Positions 1 to 6,392 of a stretch of 64,000 nt of DNA are shown in pieces. Positions within the stretch are counted from its first letter, which is position 1. Each line of letters opens with the position of its first letter. The DNA is from a virus. The position numbers were made by a program, and so were the translations under genes. The stretch spans positions 1-64,000 of IMG/VR virus record IMGVR_UViG_3300037423_000701; one strand, 5' to 3'. The notes below the pieces were generated by a model. The model was not told the origin of the DNA and ran no database searches. It saw nothing but the letters and a program-made list of their open reading frames with translations.

Positions 1-320
1 TTTATTCATGGTGGCGCATTTCAGAGTTACTTTAGCGCTGGTGGTGGGCTCAACCGAACTCGGTTCGTGATGCTCTAATACACCCACTCTTACCTAGTCC
101 TCGGCCAGCGAAGACTCTTACTTACCCATGATGATCCCTCTATATTACCCCTAGTGATCCATTTCTGGTACCTCTTGGGTATTTGTTGTGAGCTTACTTA
201 GAAGCTCTAAAGGGATATTGGGCGGAAAGATTATTTCCCTCTTCTCTTTCCGGATAGCCGGGGTGTGTCAACCAGGAAACCCCGCACTATCGTACCCAAT
301 ATCCCTTTAGAGCCTCTATG

Positions 321-512
321 TCAAATTTCTTCCCAATTAAATCTACTCAGGGATGGATATGTCTCTTCACTACTCAAAGATATGCCGACAAAATGGTCGC
401 CAGCTATAAACCCAACCCTGACAACCTGTCCTACTTCGGGCTGTAGAAGATCATCATACCCATCAGGTTTAATGCACCTAACAAGTGTTCCTTGTTTGAG
501 ATTTTCAATCAT
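321..512 (-). CDS. hypothetical protein (63 aa)
   Basis: ORF is co-oriented with every neighbour up to 8080. Weak AAGAGA RBS. The overlapping + ORF 265..528 looks less protein-like. Confidence 0.4.
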   Translation of the reverse strand: MIENLKQGTLVRCIKPDGYDDLLQPEVGQVVRVGFIAGDHFVGISLSSEETYPSLSRFNWEEI

Positions 513-547
513 ATATTCTCTTATCTAAATAATGATGAAGTAATGCA

Positions 548-574
548 AGGGCTAGGCTACCAGAACCTAGCCCT
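548..574 (-). terminator. GC hairpin after gene 598..864 (possible terminator without U-tract)
   Basis: Perfect 9-bp inverted repeat AGGGCTAGG/CCTAGCCCT 24 nt past the stop codon. No U-run follows. Confidence 0.3.
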
Positions 575-597
575 TCGCGTTACCCCACCGCGAATTA

Positions 598-864
598 CTA
601 AGCGGCAGCCTTGTCGGTGTTGTCCTTCAGGCCCAGGTCATCGAGCAGATAGTCGATGATGGCCGAAACGTCATCGCGGTCAAGGCGAACATCCTTGCCC
701 CAGGTGGACTCAGGAAGTCCAGCCTTCTGGAGCAGCAGACGATTCATGAAGAACATCTGCTTGAACGTCGGCCCATTGCCACGCTCGGCGGCCTTTGCCT
801 GAGACTCTTCCTTGCGGCGAAGAAGCTCGGCCTCGGCCTTCTTCTCTGCGGCACTCTTGGCCAC
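598..864 (-). CDS. hypothetical protein (88 aa, charged N-terminus)
   Basis: GTG start preceded by AAGGAG at 7-nt spacing. The segment is locally GC-rich. Confidence 0.65.
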   Translation of the reverse strand: MAKSAAEKKAEAELLRRKEESQAKAAERGNGPTFKQMFFMNRLLLQKAGLPESTWGKDVRLDRDDVSAIIDYLLDDLGLKDNTDKAAA

Positions 865-963
865 TATGTTTCTCCTTATTTGCTTTGGTTGCCTACCCGG
901 TTTTTAGGTAGGTGAAAACCCCACCCATTTCTGAGTGAGGCTTTCGTCTACCTAACTATTTCT

Positions 964-1134
964 TTACCGTTTTTCCTTGTTGTTGGTATCTGGTGAAAGT
1001 TTTTCGTCCAAAGGGCGATCATTCACCAAAACATTGCAACAGGGGGCAAAGAACGTTCCGTAGCGACCTACGATAGTGACTTTGCCAAGGTCGTAGGTAC
1101 CGCCACAATGACGACAACGAACCATATTACCCAT
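964..1134 (-). CDS. small zinc-ribbon protein (56 aa)
   Basis: Internal ATG at 1134 is preceded by AGGAG. CxxC...CC motif (RCRHCGG...APCC). Overlaps the stop of the upstream gene by 8 nt. Confidence 0.55.
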   Translation of the reverse strand: MGNMVRCRHCGGTYDLGKVTIVGRYGTFFAPCCNVLVNDRPLDEKLSPDTNNKEKR

Positions 1135-1357
1135 AGGTACTCCTATAGGCTTCGATGAATTCTGCCGCTGCAATGGTGAGCCGTTCCCTCTGATCCGGGT
1201 TCAGATCAAGGTCTAGTTTTGTGGGCCGGATGATATCTCCGGCAATCCCTGGTGCCGTTGCAATCAGAGCAGGGATCGGGCAATTTGGCTCGCGCAGAAT
1301 CCTTTGAGCGTCGGCGTAATTCTTGACTCGAATTAGTGCCTCCTCAAAGAGATGCAA
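1127..1357 (-). CDS. hypothetical protein (76 aa)
   Basis: ORF with a TTG start and an AAGGGA-like RBS. Appears translationally coupled to 964..1134. Confidence 0.5.
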   Translation of the reverse strand: MHLFEEALIRVKNYADAQRILREPNCPIPALIATAPGIAGDIIRPTKLDLDLNPDQRERLTIAAAEFIEAYRSTYG

Positions 1358-1489
1358 GTTATGTTATCCCTTCTTTTTACCTTGCAATAATCTGTATTTT
1401 TTCGCCCCTTCCGACGAAACGAATCTCCGATTCTATCGGGAAAGACGAAAGATTATTGCAGATTTCTTACTCTCACCTAAAGAGAGTAA

Positions 1490-1531
1490 AAGAGAGGCTG
1501 ATTATTAAGCGGCCGATCAGCCTCTCTTTTA
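1490..1531. terminator. bidirectional rho-independent terminator
   Basis: 12-bp stem AGAGAGGCTGAT/ATCAGCCTCTCT (1491-1502 with 1516-1527), flanked by T-runs when read on either strand. Confidence 0.6.
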
Positions 1532-1537
1532 CCCTCT

Positions 1538-1615
1538 TTATTTATGAAATCCTGTTCCGTAAATGATGAGTCCGATGCACCAAAGAACGATGATGAGCCA
1601 ACCACCAACGTCCAT
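1538..1615 (-). CDS. 25-aa membrane micro-protein (MDVGGWLIIVLWCIGLIIYGTGFHK)
   Basis: Hand-translated. TAATG overlap with the stop of 1615..1800. Hydrophobic core. The terminator follows immediately. Confidence 0.35.
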   Translation of the reverse strand: MDVGGWLIIVLWCIGLIIYGTGFHK

Positions 1616-1800
1616 TAGTTCATGCTCACTATTTGCGTGTTGGCAAAGATGGTGTCTGCTGGATACAGACGACAACTAGCAGGTTTGATATAGGACACCT
1701 GAATAGTTGTCACTCGCCCCGGTGAGTCTTCGGAAACAACCGAACACTTGTAAGCCGGGGCAAGAAAGGATTTATATACCTTACCCTTACGGGGGTACAT
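1615..1800 (-). CDS. hypothetical protein (61 aa)
   Basis: ORF with an AAAGGGGA RBS-like element 6 nt upstream. Confidence 0.4.
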   Translation of the reverse strand: MYPRKGKVYKSFLAPAYKCSVVSEDSPGRVTTIQVSYIKPASCRLYPADTIFANTQIVSMN

Positions 1801-2939
1801 AACTAATCCCCTTTATGTAGAGGTTCTATGGAGATAGCGACGTGTCAGCAATCCTAGGCGTGCCTATCTATCACTATCCCCATAGAACCCCTACCCAATG
1901 GATAGGGGTTCGACCTACTTTCCACTATTCATCTATAACTACTCTCACATACCGGGATTTCTACATTGCCCCGGTTGAGGGTTTCTTTCGATTCCCTCAG
2001 TAGGAGATAGACGGAGCGGGGCTTTCAGTCAATAGCCCGCTTTCCTAGGCGTAGAACAAGGCGGGTGCTTTGCGTTTCCTCTCCCCTACGCCAGAGCGAG
2101 GAATGTTGTCACCCCTTTTGCATCAGTTCCGCTATCCCCTACTCAGGGAATCACTATGTTTGTTAGAAGATACAGCCTTTCCAACTGAACCAGTGGCAAC
2201 CGTATGTCGGCTTTTGCGCCACGAAAAGGTAAAGTTGCACTATTAGACCCCCTTCTAGAAGTCATATAGTTATTGACCCTAAACCATAGTCCCCACCATC
2301 ATATTGGGGAATGCATTTTTCGGAATGGTCTAGAGCCATTAGGAGAGAGTGGGTTGGGCTTTCATCGGTCATCACTCCGATGGTAGGATTCGAACCTACG
2401 CGATGCGCCATAAGTCTCTCTACCCACTATCCACTCTCCCCTAATCGCTCTAGGGTAAAAATGGTGGGTCCGGTACGCTAGCAGCTAGCGGTTATCCCTG
2501 TCACTCGGAATTGTCTGACCGAACCCTATGATTTTTCTCCGGCCCAATGGTGACTGACCTTACTTATACGCAACTTTGCGCCGAAAGAATAAGACTCCTA
2601 GGTCTTACTACATCACCTTATCCATAAAACCAAAGGATAACCTTTAGCGATAAGGCTTCATGCCTAGAAGTCAGAGAGAAAGAGAGAGATACCACTATTG
2701 GATCACCGGTTATGGAATGTCGGGTGTATACCCCCGATGGTCCCGGAACCTCCATTCGCCTGTTAGTTCAGGTGTTTCCACCCTCAGGTATTTTGTACGT
2801 GCGTTCGAATTGGTGAAGCCTCAAATTTCGCCTTTTATTGACGAAACCTACTAGCACGCTCTCTCTCCCTCTCTGACCCCTAGGGAGTTATGTTACTAAC
2901 TTCACCGATGGTCAGCTTTTACACTGACCATTCGTCAAG
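1801..2939 (-). ncRNA. candidate large structured non-coding RNA locus
   Basis: 1.1 kb with only one ORF of 60 aa or more (2660..2854, no RBS). Three long-range helices of 16, 12 and 19 bp have mismatches that are A-C in plus sense but G-U in minus sense. One GNRA-capped hairpin and many local hairpins. Confidence 0.45.
2341..2442 (-). pseudogene. degenerate tRNA-like element inside the structured locus
   Basis: In minus sense there is a canonical T-arm GTAGG-TTCGAAT-CCTAC (2383-2399) and a D-loop-like AGTGGGTAGAG, closed by a 12-bp helix. There is no anticodon arm. Confidence 0.4.
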
Positions 2940-3197
2940 CTAGTAAAGCCTTCTCATCCTCTCTGCGCGGATGGTGGCTTTAGCCTTATCTTCATCTGAG
3001 AATGGATAAGGCTTTCCCTTATGACGCTCCTTTAGAGCGGGTTCGGTTTTGAAAACCTCATATCGTCTCTCATCGGCGCGAGTTGGTCCGAGAACACTTC
3101 CTCTCACCAGTCGCCCAGAGAGTCCGAATGAGGGTTCCGGGATATACTTCTTCCCGCCCCTAGGAACACTGATGGTTCCGGGAATACCGGACATCAA
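2940..3197 (-). CDS. hypothetical protein (85 aa)
   Basis: ATG preceded by AAAGGAG. Confidence 0.65.
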   Translation of the reverse strand: MMSGIPGTISVPRGGKKYIPEPSFGLSGRLVRGSVLGPTRADERRYEVFKTEPALKERHKGKPYPFSDEDKAKATIRAERMRRLY

Positions 3198-3261
3198 TTC
3201 TCCTTTATGTTTGTAAGTCCTAACTACACAGATGGATAGTTCTCACTATCCATCAATCTAG

Positions 3262-3465
3262 CTAGGCCGCGATAGGTGGAAGGTAGGACGGACGGTCCCC
3301 ATTCTCGCGCCGGTAGAGCGGCACCCCGTAAAGCTTCTCGGGGTCGCTCAACTCTGCAATGGTGGCAGAGGGGAAGATCCTCCCATGCTCCAGGTAAGGT
3401 TTCTTCCTAGCGGGAATCTTGGCCGGGGGAACGTAGGCCGTTCCGTCCGTCAGAATGAGTGGCAT
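3262..3465 (-). CDS. hypothetical protein (67 aa)
   Basis: ATG preceded by GGGAGG. Confidence 0.65.
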   Translation of the reverse strand: MPLILTDGTAYVPPAKIPARKKPYLEHGRIFPSATIAELSDPEKLYGVPLYRRENGDRPSYLPPIAA

Positions 3466-3483
3466 TGAAGCCTCCCGTATGTT

Positions 3484-3549
3484 GGGGTTTCTGTCTTGCC
3501 CTAGCCTTATCGGCAGATGACAGATTCTCCGTCATTTGCAGGGGTTTCT
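3484..3549 (-). repeat. promoter-like repeat cassette, copy A
   Basis: GGGGTTTCTGTCTTGCCCTAGCCTTATCGGCAG-N-CCGTCATTTGCA, followed by a restart GGGGTTTCT. It matches the copies at 4409-4520. Confidence 0.6.
3506..3535 (-). promoter_or_regulatory. putative promoter for 3262..3465
   Basis: In minus sense ATGACG-N18-GATAAG. The same architecture recurs at 4409-4438 and at 23185-23212 (TTGACA-N16-GATAAG). Confidence 0.4.
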
Positions 3550-3560
3550 AGGGCACGCCT

Positions 3561-3579
3561 AAAACCCTCCCCCGGAGGG
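3561..3579 (-). terminator. small hairpin plus U-run after 3598..4239
   Basis: In minus sense CCCTCC-GGG-GGAGGG is followed by TTTT. Confidence 0.4.
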
Positions 3580-3597
3580 AAGGGTCTTAGGACTGTC

Positions 3598-4239
3598 CTA
3601 GTTGAAGATCACTCGCCGCATACCGGATACGGTGCGGAACTCCTCCGCCCGATCCTGTCGCGCTGGGCGAGCGTTCGGGGGTGTCGGCACGGGACCGAAC
3701 TTGGCACGGAGCAGCTTCATCATCGTCAGCGCGTGGCGCTTCAGACGATCATTGCCGCTTGCATCGGCGTGGGCCATCACCTGCCGAGTGGCAAGGTAGT
3801 GGTCTTGCCAGTTCTCGACCGAGGCGTTGCGGGCCGCGTCAAGGACTTCCGTGTGCCATTGCTTACCACGCGGAGCGCGGTCGGGCTTTGACACCGGCGG
3901 TCGCTTGGCCACCGTTGCCGTCCGCTTTTGCGGTCGGGCCGGACCCATGCGCCGGACGCGAAATCCGTCCCGCACATCGGTCACCGGGGCATCGGCAAGG
4001 ACCACATGCAGCGATCCCCTCCGCGCCACGATCCGAGACTTACCAACGTGAGTTGGCGTGTCGTCGGCCAGCGTTTCGACCCTGTGCGCGGCCATCGCCC
4101 GGAGGGTACGGGGGTCAACATCGAAGGTCGAATGACCCTCCAGCAACTCCCGCCCACGCTCTGCCGCTTCAAGGGTAGCCCTAAGGGCATCCCGCTTATC
4201 GGCAGGGGCATCGGCCACACGCTCGTCAATCGAACGCAT
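3598..4239 (-). CDS. hypothetical protein (213 aa), Arg/Ala-rich, high-GC codon usage
   Basis: ATG preceded by AAAGGAG. It is the longest ORF in the island. No motif recognised. Confidence 0.7.
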   Translation of the reverse strand: MRSIDERVADAPADKRDALRATLEAAERGRELLEGHSTFDVDPRTLRAMAAHRVETLADDTPTHVGKSRIVARRGSLHVVLADAPVTDVRDGFRVRRMGPARPQKRTATVAKRPPVSKPDRAPRGKQWHTEVLDAARNASVENWQDHYLATRQVMAHADASGNDRLKRHALTMMKLLRAKFGPVPTPPNARPARQDRAEEFRTVSGMRRVIFN

Positions 4240-4408
4240 AATCGGCTCTCCTTTAGCTCTGACAGGGGCAGTGACTAGCTACCCCTGTCTAGGGGTTCAG
4301 GGATTCATCCTGTCCGCTCGGACTAGCGAGACAGTGAGCGCGGCTAGGGGGTCAACCCTAGATCGTCCGGCGCAGGTGGCCCCTGTCACTTCCGGGGCCT
4401 GCACTGGG

Positions 4409-4438
4409 CTTATCGGCAGGCCCGTATTTTCCCGTCAT
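4409..4438 (-). promoter_or_regulatory. putative promoter for 3598..4239
   Basis: In minus sense ATGACG-N18-GATAAG, about 170 nt upstream of the start codon. Confidence 0.4.
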
Positions 4439-4520
4439 TTGCAGGGGTTTTCTGTCCTTGACCTAGCCTCATCTGCGCCGCACCGGAAAGTAGTTTTATG
4501 TCCATTTGCAGGGACTTTGC
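4409..4520 (-). repeat. promoter-like repeat cassette, copies B1 and B2
   Basis: CTTATCGGCAGG-N-CCGTCATTTGCA, then a 67-nt unit GGGGTTTTCTGTCCTTGACCTAGCCTCATCTGCG...TGTCCATTTGCA, then a restart GGGACTTTGC. Confidence 0.6.
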
Positions 4521-4537
4521 TTAGGTACTCCGCCCTT

Positions 4538-4558
4538 GACAGACTCCGGTAGTCTGTC
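4538..4558. promoter_or_regulatory. perfect palindrome overlapping a TTGACA hexamer
   Basis: GACAGACT-CCGGT-AGTCTGTC, with TTGACA at 4536-4541, 52 nt upstream of the 4610 start. No convincing -10 element. Confidence 0.35.
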
Positions 4559-4609
4559 CCTGCCAGCAACCACACCCGGCCGGGACAGACCGGCCAGAGA
4601 GGAACCACC

Positions 4610-4936
4610 ATGAGCGCCAGCACCTACCCGACCAGTCGCACTGCCGGACTCCGGCGCGGCACCACCCCCGGCACCACCCCATGCGCTGCCTGCCGCGACG
4701 GAAGGGGACTTCACTCGTGCGAGGACTTCCCACTGTCCCGCTGGACAGAGTCCTACCTGTGCCACTTCGACGCTCACCTGGGCGTCACCGCCGCGCCTCG
4801 CTTTCACCGGTCCCCCGACGGGACCCTGTACGGCACGGATGAGCCGCTGTCGGCACTGCCCATGATCCGGCCGAGCACACTGGCCGAGCGCTCTGCCGCC
4901 GCCCGCCGACTGGCTGCCTGGGGGTGGGGCCGGTGA
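4610..4936 (+). CDS. hypothetical protein (108 aa), high-GC
   Basis: ATG preceded by AGAGGA. Divergent from 3598..4239. The competing minus ORF 4496..4972 has no RBS. Confidence 0.55.
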   Translation: MSASTYPTSRTAGLRRGTTPGTTPCAACRDGRGLHSCEDFPLSRWTESYLCHFDAHLGVTAAPRFHRSPDGTLYGTDEPLSALPMIRPSTLAERSAAARRLAAWGWGR

Positions 4937-5055
4937 CGTCTCCGTTTCTCGCTCTCGCCGCTGTCCTGTCACCGGTAATCCTTGCCGTACTCCCGGCAGT
5001 ATTACTGTTAGGGAATAAGGGTGAACCGCTGTGGCGTAAGCGAGATAATCAGTAA
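4933..5055 (+). CDS. 40-aa membrane micro-protein
   Basis: Hand-translated (VTSPFLALAAVLSPVILAVLPAVLLLGNKGEPLWRKRDNQ). GTGA overlap with the upstream stop. Confidence 0.4.
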   Translation: MTSPFLALAAVLSPVILAVLPAVLLLGNKGEPLWRKRDNQ

Positions 5056-5073
5056 CAGTAATTACTGACGAAA

Positions 5074-5122
5074 GACCGGAAAGGGGGGCACCATTGTTCC
5101 TCTTTCCGGTTTTTTATTTTTT
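5074..5122 (+). terminator. rho-independent terminator closing island 1
   Basis: 9-bp stem ACCGGAAAG/CTTTCCGGT followed by TTTTTTATTTTTTT. Confidence 0.75.
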
Positions 5123-5196
5123 TGCACGTAACGTAGTAACTCACTCACCGCGATACACGACCCTTATATGATGATACCCTAAAATAAGAAAGGGGT

Positions 5197-5358
5197 TTAG
5201 AAGACGTGATTTAGGGAGAGGATGAGCGCGTAGATGAAGAGGATGACAGCGATGACGAAGATGCCCTCTGATGAGGAAAGAATGGCATAGAGGAAAAATG
5301 CAATGAATAAGCCACCACAAATAAAAATCCAGAAACAAGTTAGAATGTCGATGAACAT
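5197..5358 (-). CDS. 53-aa two-helix membrane protein
   Basis: Hand-translated (MFIDILTCFWIFICGGLFIAFFLYAILSSSEGIFVIAVILFIYALILSLNHVF). More protein-like than the His-rich track ORF 5141..5338. Confidence 0.45.
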   Translation of the reverse strand: MFIDILTCFWIFICGGLFIAFFLYAILSSSEGIFVIAVILFIYALILSLNHVF

Positions 5359-5362
5359 GGTG

Positions 5363-5437
5363 TCAGCGCTTTGGAAGGTTATAAACGCAATAGATAAATA
5401 ATAAAAGAAGCACGAAGAATACTATTCCTATGATCAT
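5363..5437 (-). CDS. 24-aa membrane micro-protein
   Basis: Hand-translated (MIIGIVFFVLLLLFIYCVYNLPKR). Starts 2 nt after the stop of 5440..5607. Confidence 0.35.
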   Translation of the reverse strand: MIIGIVFFVLLLLFIYCVYNLPKR

Positions 5438-5439
5438 AA

Positions 5440-5607
5440 TTAAACAGGTTCACTTATCTCTTGGAGACGGGCGATGGCCCAATCGCGTTGTTCTTCTGAG
5501 GTATAGCGGAAGACTTCGATGACACCTGTGGGTAGTCGTACCGTTAGCCCCCATGGCTCATTATGATCGTCCTCGAAGCTTGCGTAATAAAATTTGTAGG
5601 TTGGCAT
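5440..5607 (-). CDS. hypothetical protein (55 aa)
   Basis: Internal ATG (MPTYKFYY...) lies downstream of GAGGAA. The track ORF N-terminus overlaps the upstream micro-ORF. Confidence 0.5.
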   Translation of the reverse strand: MPTYKFYYASFEDDHNEPWGLTVRLPTGVIEVFRYTSEEQRDWAIARLQEISEPV

Positions 5608-5611
5608 CGGA

Positions 5612-5707
5612 TTAATATTCCTCGTCAGAATCGCCTGTGAGCGTCTGGCGATGATCACCGACAAGCGCAAGTATAAGAAGAAGTAGTATTATGCCTATTA
5701 CAATCAT
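5612..5707 (-). CDS. 31-aa membrane micro-protein
   Basis: Hand-translated (MIVIGIILLLLILALVGDHRQTLTGDSDEEY). ATGA overlap with the stop of 5704..6240. Confidence 0.35.
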   Translation of the reverse strand: MIVIGIILLLLILALVGDHRQTLTGDSDEEY

Positions 5708-6240
5708 GGGTAGTAGCAGATGGGAAATTGCTCCGAGAGTTTCATGTTCTCGATAGCCTCCTTCTCCATTTCCTCCTTATGCCCGACGTAATAGGCGAGA
5801 ATCCAGGTCCAAGTTTTATAGCCATTCTTGTATAGCTCGTGGAACTGTCTGGCGTGTGTGAGTTCGTGCCAGATGACCGCCGAGGCGCTTTCTGCCGTCA
5901 GCGCGGTCGAGACGTGAACCTCGTGGATCGGGCCACGTCTGCCGTGGGTGCGCTCTTGCCGGAGCGGGTCCCTGCGACGGGTGTGGTGCGGGTGGCTGGT
6001 GATGTAGGGCATCCCGATGTATTCACCAAAGAACCCGCCGCGAATCTCCGGCCGGATGTAGGCACGCCCCTTAACGTCCAAATGATCAAGCGCATGCTCC
6101 ACGGCCTCCGAGTCTATAGCCCACAACTCGGGTTCCTCGAAAACTACACTGTCTCGCCAGTAATTTAGCTTCTTCCAATTACCGACGACGTGATAGCCGC
6201 CCGGCCATGTGCGGGTGACCTTAAGGGGGATCATCGCCAT
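5704..6240 (-). CDS. putative zinc metallopeptidase (HExxH)
   Basis: WHELTHARQ contains HELTH. 178 aa. Confidence 0.55.
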   Translation of the reverse strand: MAMIPLKVTRTWPGGYHVVGNWKKLNYWRDSVVFEEPELWAIDSEAVEHALDHLDVKGRAYIRPEIRGGFFGEYIGMPYITSHPHHTRRRDPLRQERTHGRRGPIHEVHVSTALTAESASAVIWHELTHARQFHELYKNGYKTWTWILAYYVGHKEEMEKEAIENMKLSEQFPICYYP

Positions 6241-6392
6241 TCACCGCCGCTGCCGCCACAGGTCTTGCAGGGGCCAATCGGCCAGCGATAGCGACGATCA
6301 GGCTTGCCGTCACGACGCTTGGGCCACTCACTGCCCGACCCCTCGCAGTCGGGGCAGGGGCGAACGAGTTCTCGAACCGGCCCCCACATCAT
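6231..6392 (-). CDS. small protein with two DnaJ-type CxxCxGxG zinc-finger repeats
   Basis: CPDCEGSG and CKTCGGSG. Start placed at the ATGATG that overlaps the stop of 6389..6556. Confidence 0.5.
   Translation of the reverse strand: MMWGPVRELVRPCPDCEGSGSEWPKRRDGKPDRRYRWPIGPCKTCGGSGGEWR

Larger units (their letters stand above)
3480..5122. other. GC-rich moron-like insertion (island 1)
   Basis: Hand-counted lines give 67-73% G+C against 37-52% in the backbone. The ORF track shows long ORFs in most frames. The segment has its own promoter-like repeats and terminators. Confidence 0.6.

Noticed and set aside
1-260. ORF-free leading 260 nt with TGGTGG... strings and an AACCGA/TCGGTT hairpin. Considered as a minus-strand tRNA.
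   Set aside because: The hairpin has a 2-nt loop and no cloverleaf can be drawn. The window edge also prevents any judgement of context.
2660-2854. 64-aa plus-strand ORF inside the ORF-free locus.
   Set aside because: It has no Shine-Dalgarno sequence and an odd composition. It spans the interior of the 19-bp long-range helix on the opposite sense, so it is best explained as a chance ORF.
3517-4278. Plus-strand and alternative-frame ORFs overlapping 3598..4239: 3517..3891, 3602..3799, 3681..4178, 3827..4051, 3928..4278, 3777..3977 (minus) and 3981..4229 (minus).
   Set aside because: High-GC DNA keeps most frames open. Their translations are Arg/Pro/Gly-rich and low in complexity, and none has an RBS. 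Only the 213-aa minus ORF has AAAGGAG plus an ATG.
4496-4972. 158-aa minus-strand ORF, plus 4521..4733 (minus) and 4435..4623 (minus).
   Set aside because: These lie antisense to the RBS-supported plus gene 4610..4936. The sequence is Gly/Arg/Ala-rich with no start context, so it is probably a GC artefact.
5141-5338. 65-aa His-rich minus-strand ORF from the track.
   Set aside because: An alternative frame on the same strand gives a clean 53-aa two-TM protein (5197..5358) that fits the neighbouring chain of coupled micro-ORFs.
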